Shown: positions 1 through 12,740, counted from the first letter of the stretch. The stretch is 64,000 bases of DNA from Octopus bimaculoides (GCF_001194135.2 NC_069000.1:44126810-44190809); one strand, 5' to 3'. Program-made: numbers and translations. Notes: generated by a model from the letters alone, not told the origin.

Positions 1-446
1 ATTTGATCCTTGCGAAATATATCTGTGTGGGTGTATAATATTTTTCTGAGTAGTCGCATTGAATAGTTTAAAAATGTCAAATCTAGAAGCATCTCTTCTT
101 CCTCACAGAAATGGAGATATCAATGAAATCCAAGATGGCTGGCTGCTTCCTAGTGAAAAACAATATCAGAGGAGGAGATCAATGGAGGAGAAGCGCATGA
201 AGAAGAAGAAGAAGACAGCCAGCCAAGTAAGTTAGTAGTTCATCAGAGGATGATAAGGGAAGACTTGGAGAAGCAGCTTAGTAAATATGAAGGAAAAACA
301 AAGAAACAAAGTTGGCTACAAGTAGAAGGTGGGAAAATGATAAATGTATAAAAACGAATCAAGTAGCTTCCATGTTTGTTGTCTCTGTGAAAAAATCATT
401 AATTATATTATACACACACACACGCGCAAAGATGCACACCTTTCTA

Positions 447-449
447 TAC

Positions 450-528
<79 letters not shown>

Positions 529-725
529 TATATATATATTTATATATATATATTTATATATATATATTTATATATATATATTTATATATATATATTTATA
601 TATATATATTTATATATATATATTTATATATATATATTTATATATATATATTTATATATATATATTTATATATATATATTTATATATATATATTTATATA
701 TATATATATTATATACATATATATT
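447..725. repeat. Compound (TA)n microsatellite with periodic TTT interruptions
   Basis: TATATATATT-type units reiterated over about 280 bp; source of the poly-IY ORFs at 312-794 and 344-760. Confidence 0.95.
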
Positions 726-884
726 ATATACACACACACACCTTTCTCTTTCATAAATAGAAACATACAGTGTATGTGCTACACCACTTCATAATAATCA
801 ATATTATTATTAACAATATGAGTGTATATATGTATATATATATATATATATACAGATATATATAATACAAAGAATATATATGCA

Positions 885-1060
885 TGTATACACACATATA
901 TGTACATACTTACATCTACATGTGTATATAGATGCATATCAGGGTACAGGACGTTAGAACAATGAACTACAGACAACGGAACGAACACATAGGAAAACAG
1001 ATAGCCACTTGGAATTAATCCTTCGTCAGCTGCCTCTATTCTAACTAGATGTTTCGAAGA
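885..1060 (-). mobile_element. Penelope-like element relic with hammerhead-like fragments
   Basis: Minus strand reads TCTTCGAAACATCTAGTTAGAATAGAGGCAGCTGACGAAGGATTAATTCC...GTTCTAACGTCCTGTACCC; GAAAC and CTGACGAAG motifs are typical of Penelope pseudo-LTRs. Confidence 0.4.
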
Positions 1061-1160
1061 TAAATATGTGTGTGTGTGTGTATTCGTGTATGTATATATA
1101 TGTATATTTGTGTAAGTGTGCATATATATACATATACACACACATGTATATATATTTATA

Positions 1161-1312
1161 TTATCTTTTACTTGTTTCACTCACTGGACTGTGGCCATGC
1201 TGGGGCCCCACTTTGAAGAGTTGGAACAAATCGACCCCAATACTTTTATTTTTTTAAAGCTTGGTACTTATTCTATCAGTCTCTTTTGCCAAACCACTAC
1301 ATTATGGGATAC
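1161..1312 (-). mobile_element. SINE family A, 3' portion
   Basis: TATCTTTTACTTGTTTCA...GGCCATGCTGGGG...TGGTACTTATTCTATCAGTCTCTTTTGCC, shared with copies at 12791, 13945, 25505, 38048. Confidence 0.85.
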
Positions 1313-1317
1313 ATGTG

Positions 1318-1484
1318 GCATGATTAGAATTTTTTTTAGGGTGTGTAAAGAGGGAAAGAACTCTCATGTGCAATTTTGATGAAATTCGAATCATAGGTAT
1401 TCCAGTTCCTTAAAGAAAATATAACAGAAAAGTCTCATTCTTCAATTGCATGTAACACGGGCAACGCCAGGTATCTCTGCTAGT
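1318..1484 (+). mobile_element. Non-autonomous Helitron, 3' end
   Basis: Ends CACGGGCAACGCCAGGTATCTCTGCTAG followed by T: CTAG terminus at 1480-1483 with a degenerate subterminal GC-rich hairpin. Confidence 0.55.
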
Positions 1485-1634
1485 ATATGATAAAAAAGAA
1501 AAAAGATTATGAACTTACTGTATACAGGGCTCACTACAACATCTCACAAAAAATAACTGAAACTGCATGAACAGTACGTAGAATATGTACAGGAAATAAA
1601 CGGATATGTATATATATAAATGTATGTGTGTGTG

Positions 1635-1677
<43 letters not shown>

Positions 1678-1721
1678 ATATAAATATGTATATATATATG
1701 TATGTATGTATTTATGTATGT

Positions 1722-1907
1722 CATCCATGCGGGTGGCACGTAAAAGCACCCATTACACTCTCAGAGTGACTGGTGTTAGGAAGGGCATCCAGCTGTAGAA
1801 AACCATGCCAAATCAGACTGGAGTCTGGTGCAGCCCCTCAGCTTACTAGCCCTGATGAAACCATCCAACCCATGCCAGCATGGACAACAGACATGAAATG
1901 ATGATGA
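1722..1907 (+). mobile_element. SINE family C (RTE-related)
   Basis: GGCACGTAAAAGCACCC...GTTAGGAAGGGCATCCAGCTGTAGAA...CCAACCCATGCCAGCATGGA with (ATG)n tail; many copies in the window. Confidence 0.85.
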
Positions 1908-1949
1908 TATATATATATATATATATATATATTTATGTATAAACCATAG

Positions 1950-2100
1950 TCATGGCCGATGCCAGTGTCAGGTTAGTGACACCCACAGTTGTGGCACGTA
2001 AAAAACACGCACTACACTTGTGGCATCAGGGAGGGCATCCAGCCGTTGACTCATTGCCAAATCAGATTGGAACCTGGTGCAACCTTCCAATTTTCAGCTC
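1950..2100 (+). mobile_element. SINE family C, partial
   Basis: GTGGCACGTAAAA...GGAGGGCATCCAGCCG...GCCAAATCAGATTGGAACCTGGTGCA. Confidence 0.75.
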
Positions 2101-2106
2101 AATCAA

Positions 2107-2171
<65 letters not shown>

Positions 2172-2509
2172 GCACACACACAGATTTCGGGATGGTGGGT
2201 TTTTTTTTTTTTTTGCCAAATAAACACACGCACTATATATTCGTTCTTCACTCATTTATTACTGTTATTATTCCAAGTCATGTCCATTGTACTGAAATCT
2301 TTTGTCACACATCTGTGACCTCTTCAGCAAAACTTTTCATCTTCGTGTGTGCTCTTGCTCTACTTATTATATTCTAGTGCTTTTGTTGGCTATTGAGTTA
2401 TTTTGACTTATTTCTAGCAATACTTGTGCTGATTAGTGCTCTTGTTCACTTTAGTGGCATATCATATATTTGCCTTTAGGTTGTAAAATTCTGAATTAGC
2501 TACCCACAT

Positions 2510-2569
<60 letters not shown>

Positions 2570-3156
2570 ATATATCTTGTTATCTAATAAAATTAGGGGA
2601 AAAAAATGGGGGAGGGAGGATGACCCCTACACTAAGCATGGGCAACTTTGAGAAACAGGCCACAAAACATCACTCATCATCAAGTGGGCCACACCACTAA
2701 AAAAAAAATCTCAAGGTAATTTTTCATTATGCATGTTACTCAGAAAGTCCCATAGGCCATAGTTTACCCGTAGCGTTTCACTATTAATAGCATCGAATTT
2801 ATCATTGATGTCAGAGTTGACTGGGACTTCAAATTTAGCTTAAGTGACTAATACGGTCACCTTTTTCTTTTCTTTCCTGACTGGTGTGGGTGATATAACA
2901 TAGTCAATTGGATCAAACATTGCAGTCACATACCAAGTCATTCTTTTAGGCACCATGTCCAAGAATGTAGGACACGAGTGGATCATATCCTGCCACAATT
3001 TTCCATTCTTTTGATTTAAGTGACCCTAGTACACAACTGGTACTCTTTATCATTTGATTCCAGGAAGATCAACTGGGGCAGGAAATGAAATTTGTATTAC
3101 AAAATGATGTAACTAAATATAAGATATTCTAGATCAGCATTCCAGGAATTTTACCA

Positions 3157-3159
<3 letters not shown>

Positions 3160-3193
<34 letters not shown>

Positions 3194-3450
3194 AAAAGAG
3201 AGAGAGAAAGTGAAGAATACAAGGGAAATAAGAGAAAGAGAGAGAGAGTGAAGAATATAAGGGAAATAAAAGAGAAAGAGAGGACAGTGAGAGAGAGAGA
3301 AGGTATGGGGGAAATGAAGAAAGTGCAAGGATGAAAGGGAAGAACAGAGGGAAAATGTGACAGACAGGAGCATATGTGTGTGCGTGAGAGAGAGAGAAAG
3401 AGAGAGAGAGAGAGCGAGGGAGGGAGGGAGGGAGAGAGGGAAAGTGGGTT
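3160..3450. repeat. (GT)n followed by a GA-rich polypurine tract
   Basis: Direct reading. Confidence 0.9.
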
Positions 3451-4254
3451 GAGAAAATGTAAATAATTTCACAGCTCGTTAAATGGGCGAAGACCTAGAT
3501 TGTCATATTCAGTTGGATGACTGTCTTGACACCAACCACTCAAAACTATTTAGGAGTAACTTCTTTGAGCCAATGCGTCATGAGAGGGGGGTCACCACAC
3601 AAGTACCTACTCCAGCTTCCTGCAAGTGTTATCTGGGATGATAATCAGTCTGCAGCTACTGCCAAGCAACAGACCAGCTTTTCTTTAGGAAAATTACCCT
3701 CACACAAACAAGATTCAGATCCAGCACTGCAGCATATTACGACAAGCAACCACCCAGTTTCACAATAGAGATAATGATTTGATACTAACAAGCCTGTTCA
3801 TAACATGTGGTACCTATTTTCAACAAGGTGGACAAGGCCAATTCTGGCAAGAAGAATACAAACTGCTGATCTCATGGAGGAATGTCAAGCACCCTATTTC
3901 CTCTGCCACTGAGTTGAAGAGGGGTTTCACTTAAAGAGCTTCAAAAATAGACAGAATCTTACCAGCATCACCAACAGCAGCAGCACCAGTATCACATCCG
4001 TCTCCCTTTTTCTTTTTTTTTCCATTTTATCTTTTAGGCAAGAGAGAAGGCAGTGCCTTTGACCCTTTAACAGGACTCCAAAGAGTCATGGGAAAAAGGG
4101 AGAAAGGCACCCCTAAGCCAAAGACTTGGCATAAATGCTTACAACAGAATGGATTCCACTGAAGGCATCCAAGGACCAGGAATGGTCGGGGGGTGGTTAA
4201 ACCATGCAAGAGTTCCAATCTATCACTCGCCTTCCGACCCATACTGGCAGGAGT

Positions 4255-4360
4255 TTGATTGGTCATCCCAATCCAAGATAATTCTTCTTTGGAGCGACTT
4301 CCCTCTCTGATAGTTCAGAAGACCATCTCACACTCATTACTTCTTCGGTCTCTTAAAACA
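4255..4360 (+). mobile_element. Possible I/Nimb-type LINE ORF1 remnant
   Basis: Translates LVIPIQDNSSLERLPSLIVQKTIS, weakly like the N-terminal LVI..S..L.KLSPF.IQK motif of I-clade ORF1 proteins; short and degenerate. Confidence 0.2.
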
Positions 4361-4662
4361 GACCCCCAACAATGAAGGCATAATGCTTCAAGCACTAAAC
4401 TGGCCCTTGATCTATTTTTATCATTTTTTATCATTCCCTCTACATTCTTTGATATTAATCCACATGGGGACAACACAAAGTATTCACATTTGAAATCAAA
4501 ATTTGGACCAAAATGTATTGGGAGGTAGGTGGTGTGGTGTTGGTGGTGATGGCTGTTGATCTTCCCACTGAACCAAAGATGCTACAAAATTCTGTTGCTG
4601 ATTCTATCAGCTGCAATTCTTGACTAAAATGGCACATTTTGCTGTTTTTTAAACCTCAGGCC

Positions 4663-4945
4663 CTGACATGGCTGTGTGGTTAGGAAGTTTGTGGTCTTGG
4701 GTTCAATCTCACTGTGTGACACCTCGGACAAATGTGTTTTACTATATAGCACCAGGCCAACCAAAGCCTTGTGGATGAATTTGGACAACAGAAACTGAAA
4801 GAAGCCCATTGTGTGCGTCTTTCTGTTCTTGTCCTGACATCATGTAATTGTTGTAAATGAGCATCATCATCAGCATACAAGCGGTGTTATTCGTTTCCAG
4901 TCTTCTGTGAAAAACATGTCTGGCCATAGAAAATCTGCCTCAACA
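4663..4945 (+). mobile_element. SINE family A head with C-type tail
   Basis: tRNA-like A box TGGCTGTGTGG, B box GGTTCAATCTC, then CCAAAGCCTTGTGG...GAAACTGAAAGAAGCCC. Confidence 0.8.
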
Positions 4946-5311
4946 ATGATGATGGTGGCTTCAGGGGCATTTGAACTCAGGATATAGAGCATCGGACAGG
5001 GTGCCTTGTGGTATTTGTCCAGGCTCTAACAATTCTGCCAAGCCAACACCCTGCACTGGCATCTTTTTTTAATTGATCCTGAAAGTGTAAAAGTCAAAGT
5101 TGATTTTGGTAGGATTTGAACTCAGAGTACAGAGACTCAGAACAAATACTGCAATGCATTATGACTGACATTCACACACAATACGGTTTTACTTTAAAAT
5201 TTCCCAAAGCATTCCAAACGCCCAACATTATCGATAAACTAAATATCAGGTTTGACAATACAAATCAGGAAAATGGGATTGACACACACACACACACACG
5301 AGCATCTTGAG

Positions 5312-5560
5312 AGGAAAGCTGGGCATAAGAAATATCAGATGTATTGTGCAAGAGAGACGACAGCGCTGGTATGGTCATGTGATGCATATGATCAAGGACA
5401 GCTGTGTAATGTGCCAATCTCTGTGGAGGGAACTTGTGGAAGAGGTAGACCCAGGAGGACATGGGATGAGGTAGCAAAGCATGATCTTCAAACGTTGGGC
5501 CTCACAGAAGCAATGACAAGTGACCAAGACCAATGCTGTGAAGTATCTTTGCCAAAACCT
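5312..5560 (+). mobile_element. RTE-clade LINE ORF2 C-terminal fragment (frameshifted)
   Basis: Two frames give IVQERRQRWYGHVMHM and VEGTCGRGRPRRTWDEVAKHDLQTLGLTEAMTSDQD, matching the RTE R.RW.GHV...RGRP..TW signature. Confidence 0.85.
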
Positions 5561-6399
5561 TTTTAATAATGTAAGCTAAATATAGCTGTAGGCAAATTAT
5601 TTACACAGACACACAGTCTGGCCAAGTTGGTTTGGCTCAAGAATGGATGTAACTCTCCTAATTTTTAATAGATATTTGATAAGTTATCAACTGGTCATTA
5701 TATTTATCTCTGTATACGAGGTGGAGGCTGGTGGTGGGGGTAGGCACAGATGCAGATACGTACACAGGCACAAACTGTTGTCCAAATCTTGCCACAGATA
5801 TTGTTAGAAGGGCAACCTACTTACTTATTCAGACAATAGGCTGAATCAAAAATGAATGATTAATAAATTATTATAATCAGGAGAGAGAGAGAGAGAGAGA
5901 GGGGCGGAGGGAAGAAAAAGGAGACACACACACATACAGAAAGACAGAGGGACAGAGGGAGGGAGAAAGAAGTAGAGAATAAAAAACAAGAAATGAAGAG
6001 AGAATAAGTGCGTTTATATGCGTGTGACTATACACACAGATATATACATACACACACACACGTATTTGTGTAGAGGGTTGTTGTATAGAGTATATAGGTG
6101 TGTATTTTGTGTGCATGTATATACATATGTTTATATATATATATATATATATATAACTGATTCTCATATTCCCATTTGCATTTAAACCGGCAATAGTTTA
6201 TGTCTAGCATAGCTAGAAGTATTCTTGATGAGCTGAGATGAGCATTGCTTTAAATTAAATTTAATTTAAATTAAATTAAGTTTCATTAATTACTTAATTA
6301 ACGAATTATATGTATTCGTCTTGAAACAGCTGTTGAAAGTAATTAAATTATGTTCCTGCAAAATGCCTCTCTACATTTTATTTTATAACACATTCCGTT

Positions 6400-6466
<67 letters not shown>

Positions 6467-6561
6467 GCACAATGAGATAGAGGAAAAGAGAAGAAAAAGT
6501 AGAGAGAAGGCAGTAAGAAAAAATTAAGGTGTGTATATATGTGTAAATATATGCGTGTGCA

Positions 6562-6596
<35 letters not shown>

Positions 6597-7062
6597 GAAT
6601 GAAAGTACATGTGTCTTATATACACCCTGTGGTCCCTCGCATAAATACAATAAAACTTCTCCATTTGTGCTGTATACTGAGTACTACCTTGGAAGCAGTC
6701 TACTCCATTATACTTCTCTAATTAACAAATAAAATAGAGAGACAGAGAGAGGAGGAGGAGGGTAATTAAAATTAATGGGTATTACCTTTAACGAGAAAAG
6801 TCATATATAAAAAATCTTCAAATATAATTAATTAACCTTTGGAGTGAGTGCGTGCGTGTGTGTGTATGTAATTGTGCCTCCGTCAATGTGTGTACATGTG
6901 TACAAATGCATACATATGAAGAATTAATCTTTTTTATTGGATTAGCAGAGATTAAAAAGACTTAAAAGAAAAAGAAAAAAAAATTCGGTAAAGAAGATTA
7001 AAAATGGAAGTGGAGAGATATAGATTTTTAGTACTGTGCATGTATGTGTAAGTGTATGTGTG

Positions 7063-7102
<40 letters not shown>

Positions 7103-7394
7103 TGTATGTGTATGCAGGAGTTTATATACATGTGTGTGAATGAGTGATATGAGGAGTGGGGAACAAAAAGGAGAAAGATCTACTTAGGAACAATACGAGA
7201 AATAGGAAACGCTTTGTTAATGAAGAGAATTATTATTATTATTATTATAGGGAGGGGAGGGGCAGCTGCAACAGGATGTTTAGCAGGCAGCTGCACATTA
7301 CCTGAGACAGATTGGTGATTCACACAGACTAATCAATTAGGAAAGGAGCAAATAAACGCTACACACACACACAATATATATACACAATATATAT

Positions 7395-7445
<51 letters not shown>

Positions 7446-7497
7446 TAAAGAAATAAGTGTGTGCACACTTGTATATATACAAAGCTTTATAGCACAC

Positions 7498-7531
<34 letters not shown>

Positions 7532-7652
7532 CAGATATATATATAATGTAATATATGAGTGTGTGTGTGTGCATGCACAATCATGCATAGACCCAGACAC
7601 ATATATAAGTAGATAGCAAGTAGTATGCATGTGTGTACACAGCAGTACATGC

Positions 7653-7683
<31 letters not shown>

Positions 7684-7852
7684 CATAGTGAATAGCTACA
7701 GCATACACACACACACACATCAGAGGAGAAAGAGATGTGAGCACCTGTAGAGACAAAAAGGTTTACAACATATACTCTTCACTGTTTATATATCATTTTA
7801 TTTCATGTTGATGTTGCATACACATACAGAAATACTCAAACAGAAAATGAAT

Positions 7853-7888
<36 letters not shown>

Positions 7889-8910
7889 GTATGTATGTAT
7901 ACACACATACATACATACATACGTGAATTGTAATATGTTTTTTTAATTTCATTTCATTTGGCTAGAGATCGTAACATTTGGAAATTAATTAAATTAAACA
8001 GCTAACGAATGTTTTATACCAATCTATGGAACTATGGCAAGCTCTCTAAGTCAATACAGATTGTTAAGAAGTAAAAGGTAAACAGAAAGAGAGAGAGTAA
8101 GAGAGCAGAGAGAGAGAGAGAGAAAGAATAGAGAGTGACAGGTAAATAACATGAATATCTAAACTAAAGCTGAAAATGGTTGTCTAAAAAAATAAAATAA
8201 AATAAAAGCCAGACTCAGTGTAATTGCTTTTGCATCATAATATAACAAGAGACGACAATTTTGTGATTAAAGGGGGAAGGAGATGGGGTGTGTGTGTGTG
8301 TGTGTGTGTGAGGGGGGTGAGTATTGATTTTATTGATCTGTATTTCTTTTCCTTTTTTTTTTTTGATGAAGAAAGAAATAGTTTGAGAAATTTTACTTTG
8401 ATAAAAAATTAAAGATTTTTTTTTGTTATTTTTATTTGTTTCCAGTCATTGGACCATGGCCATGCTGAAGCATTCATCACCTTGGAGTTGATCACAGAAA
8501 TTATATATTTTTTCTTTTAAAGTTTGGTATTTATTTTGTCAATTCTGTTTGTTTACTTAATAAGTTATGAGGCATCAATGAAAAAACATACACACACATC
8601 TATGTGAATGTATACGTGTGTATATACATACATACATATACACACAATTTTCTTAATTTGACAGCTGTTTCAGGAAGCTCAGATTTACATAAAAATTATA
8701 ATGTTCATAATTTGAAAATGGAATATGCAAAAAGTCTTGGGTATGCAACCAGTAAATAGTCATACAGAGATATTACCATAAATCTGGCCCCCTTCATCAA
8801 AAGAAAGTTGGCAATGTCTACACACGCATACAAAAATGGGTTTCTATACAGTTTCCATCTACGAATTTCACTCACAGGGAATTGGTCAACCCAAAGCTAC
8901 TGTAGAAGAT

Positions 8911-9072
8911 CCAGTGCACTAGCGAAGCTGGTGGTGGTGGGGGGGATAGGAGCAGTCTGCTTGGGTGGCACCACTTTTGTGTCTGCTGTAGGCAATATAT
9001 GGTTTTTGTGAGGTCCAGGGGTAGCAAACGGAAGAGTTGTCCTGGGTGGCACACAGTCTAGCTACACTAGTG
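8911..9072. mobile_element. Degenerate MITE (CAGTGGCGTAGC-type ends)
   Basis: Left end CCAGTGCACTAGC, right end CTAGCTACACTAGTG; strongly decayed. Confidence 0.3.
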
Positions 9073-10479
9073 ATCCAATGTTGGCTTTGGCATGGTTTCT
9101 ACAGCTGGGTGCTCTTCCTAAAGCTAATCACTTTATGCAGTGTACTGGGTGCTTTTTCATAATAACCCTTCAAAAGAAGAGTTACTCAAATGAGGGTCAA
9201 TGTATGATGGAGGGACAGCGACAAGTGCCTTGCCAGAAATGAGATATATGGCTTCCCCACCTGTAAAGCAAGAGAGATGGAGAGTGCATGTCCTCAAGGT
9301 GCAAAGTGAATACAAGAAAGAAAATAGAAACAGAGAAATGGAAAAAGTGAGTGGGTAGGTAAGTTTGTCAGAGTGTGAAAAGAGTATGACAAATGGTTAG
9401 AGATGGGGACAGAAGTGGATGCAATATATGCAAAAAGCTCCTTTGAGGTATTCCCCACCTTCCTGTCCACAGAGTTGATTATTGTTGCCTTTATAAAAAG
9501 ATCAATACAGCTGTGCCACTGAAGACTGGGTGTTTGGATTACCTTGTTCCACATTCTTAACATATGTTAATGCTTCTTTCTCTAGAGCCTTGATTGCTCA
9601 AGTTAATATTCTACCTAATAACAATAGTTCCCAGCCTTCTTTTTTGGCCATTTTTTTTTTCACAACAAAAAACTCCCTTTAAATGAATTCCACCACCCCT
9701 GCCCCCAGACCCTCAAGCCTGTGAAAAGGTCTGTCTATTCAAAGCAAGCTGATTTGATTAACTAACAACAAACTTGCTTTCCCAGTTTCTAAACTGAAAT
9801 ATGTCTGAATAATTATATGTAACTCTGTCACTTATGAATTGTATATAACCATGTAATAATACATTTTTACACTGCACCCTTTTAATATTTCAAACACAGC
9901 TCATGGATCAACAATACCACCTTTGTGGAACCCTCAGGTGTCTACACTCCAGCTCAGGAAGCACAGCTAAAGAGCATAAAAATTGTTTCCGTTTCTTTTG
10001 TCTTCTTCAGAAGATAAAGGCGACATTGCAAGAGAGAGAGGTCAATCATATTGATCAAACGGGGTGGGGGAGCAAAAATATAAACAGGGGGAAGCATATT
10101 GTTATCCAGGTTGTGACAGTCTCTGTAACTCTAATGGGTTGTTGGGGGTACAACTGAATCTCTTCTGCTCCTCATTTAGTATTTCAAAATACTTGAGTGA
10201 CTGGCCTCCTTCAGTTTGGTCTCACCATTGTAAAAATGTGAAGAGCACCTTGCACCACTTACAACAACAAACCCTACACTAACATGGTAGCAGGCTTCCT
10301 TAAAGCTAAGTGAAATGAACTCTTATGACCCCCACCTTGACCATGCCGACAGAATCTGAACAGCTGGCCCCTTGCTTGGCAGTAGTCTGATAACCTGTTG
10401 TCTTGGCTATCGCTATCTAAACATTTGGTTGTCGTATGAGAGCAAAAACTATAATATCTCACACAAGATCCTTCATTTA

Positions 10480-10790
10480 AGGGGAATTCTTTTATATATC
10501 CTCAAACCTTAACCTCAAAAATATGGTGGGGTCTGGAGGAATGAATGTCCCAGTCTCAGAAAAGTTTTTAGGGATCGATACTTAATCTTAGGTCTAGTGA
10601 CATTAAGAAGAGATAAAATTGCCCTGGCCCCTGGAATGGATTTTTGCCTGGAGATGTTACCTAAAATAAACCAAATCATCTTGCAGCCATCTCACTACCG
10701 GAAGGGTTTCTAAGGGATCTATCTATGCTTAGCTCTAGACCTCATGACATTAAGCAGATGAGATAAAACTACCCTGGACCATTTCAAGAC
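10480..10790. repeat. Diverged direct duplication, about 143-bp period
   Basis: GGGATCGATACTTAATCTTAGGTCTAGTGACATTAAGAAGAGATAAAATTGCCCTGG (from about 10571) recurs as GGGATCTATCTATGCTTAGCTCTAGACCTCATGACATTAAGCAGATGAGATAAAACTACCCTGG (from about 10714). Confidence 0.7.
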
Positions 10791-11232
10791 AAAATGTATT
10801 ATTCGACCCTTCATTTCATTCATACTAAGTTCTATGTCAGATTATGTTGGATTACTGTATAACATTATCTGTTTGTGTGTGTGTGTGTGTATGTATACAT
10901 ATATATGTATATACACACACACACACGTATTTATTTATAAAGAGATACACCTCACATGTGTATGTGTGTATGTATATACTTACACAGGCATGTGTGTGTT
11001 TATTCTGCTTTAAAAACTGGTATTCTTTAGGTTTTCTGCCTTTATGCCTCATAACTTAGTAGTTTGACAAATAGAGTTCGATAAAACAAATACCTATCTT
11101 CAACAGGTAATGGGATTGGTATAAGTGATTTACACCCTTGAAGATAGTATCCCAGTAAAAAATAATATGAACTGACGTGTGTATGCGTCTGTCTATCAAT
11201 CTATCTATGTGTATATATACACACACACACAC

Positions 11233-11303
<71 letters not shown>

Positions 11304-11967
11304 TACTCAAACACATTATGTGTGCTGCAGTGGATAAGTTAAAGCCGTATGACTAAGACCAAAAGCAGATGGATACCAGGAGGACAAGGATGTAGTTCTA
11401 GCCACTCTCATGATACAATAACAGGCACGGCAAGGGAGGGAGACAGGGAGGGAGTGTCATGAATAGTTATTGAGATGTGTGATATCATAGCAGCAGTGAC
11501 TAAGCTCTGTAATTTATCAAATGGTATCAGATTACATACAGCGCAGCATTAATAATTTCTATGCTGCAAATGCTAGATAACACCACCCTTGCGAATGACA
11601 AGATATTTAAGCCGAAACAAGAGCACAGCTTACAGATTGTAGTAGTGATATCACACAATATCAGATTGCTACCAATAACCAACCTTCTGCAGTACTAGTT
11701 GTAGTAGTAGTAGTGTGTGTTGTAGTATCAGAATGTAAATTAGCAAGATATCCGTGTGTGTGTGTGTGTGTTGTATAACAAAAGCTGGATTGTTGTATGC
11801 TATACAAATACAAATGTAACAAGATTTGTCTGTCGTATCAAATTGATAAAATGATATCTTGGAAGTATTGCTTATAGGCACAGTTATCAAGCCGCAGCAA
11901 CAGTTAATATAATTGATAATCTGGAAATGACGATGCTACACAATATAATGTAAGCACACAAGCACGA

Positions 11968-12275
11968 ATCTTTAACTCGTTTCGGTCACTCGACAGAGGT
12001 CATACTGGGGCACTGTCTTGGAAAGTATTTAGTTGAATGAATCAACTGCCAAGTTATGGGGACATACACAAACCAACACTGACCAGTTGCCAAGCGGTGG
12101 TGAGCAACAAACACACACAACGGGCTTCTTTCATTTTCTGTCGACCATATTCACTCACAAGGCTTTGGTCAGCCCAAGGCTATTGTAGAAGACACTTGCC
12201 CAAGGTGCTATGCAGTGGGATTGAACCCAGAACTATGTGGTTGGGAAACAAGCTTCTTACCACACAGCCACACCC
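11968..12275 (-). mobile_element. SINE family A, near full length
   Basis: Contains GAAGACACTTGCCCAAGGTG (reverse of the CORE-like CCTTGGGCAAGT) and a tRNA-like head ending CTTCTTACCACACAGCCA. Confidence 0.9.
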
Positions 12276-12479
12276 GAGTCTATATACATATATATATTAT
12301 ACATACGCACACAGTTATGTATTTACACACACACACACACATATCATGCAGTCATATGAGAGTGTGGTAAGTGTTAGCAAAAGGATATGATATCATATCG
12401 TCATCATTAATTAATATCCAGGTTCCATGCCTGCATGGGTTAGATTATCTAATATAAAAATGAAGTTCTTGTTTCCTAT

Positions 12480-12740
12480 TTAAGTACAAGACCAACAATT
12501 TCAAAAACAAGAGGAGCGGAGAGGAAGCAGTGAGCTAATTACACCAATTCCAGTACTTTGTCTGCCCAGAAGGAATAAAAGGAAAAAGATTTGAACTCAG
12601 AATGTAAAATGCTCTAACCCAATACCACAAGGCATTTTGTTCAATACCTGTTGGGATTTGAACCCTAAATGTAAAAAGTGCTAACTAAATACCACAAGGT
12701 ATTTTGTCTGATGCTCCATCAATTCTGCTAATATACCATC
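12480..12740 (-). mobile_element. SINE family B, decayed, with an internal duplication of about 68 bp
   Basis: GATTTGAACTCAGAATGTAAAA...AATACCACAAGGCATTTTGT occurs twice (about 12588 and 12655). Confidence 0.65.

Noticed and set aside
312-794. Long ORFs of IY, CV, HT, LS or ER dipeptides, here and throughout the track
   Set aside because: They are translations of (TA)n, (CA)n and (GA)n microsatellites, which lack stops in some frames.
1519-1556. Minus-strand 38-nt exon candidate (TTTCAG|...ACA|GTAAGT; LFFVRCCSEPCI)
   Set aside because: Such site pairs arise by chance in 64 kb; the pyrimidine tract is modest, the length is not a multiple of 3, and the peptide is unrecognised.
9420-9565. Possible CR1/L2 C-terminus on the minus strand (RMWNKV...IDLF)
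   Set aside because: The similarity is too short to support without a profile search.
9900-10020. Acceptor plus frame SWINNTTFVEPSGVYTPAQEAQLKSIKIV
   Set aside because: No convincing donor before the stop and no recognisable homology.
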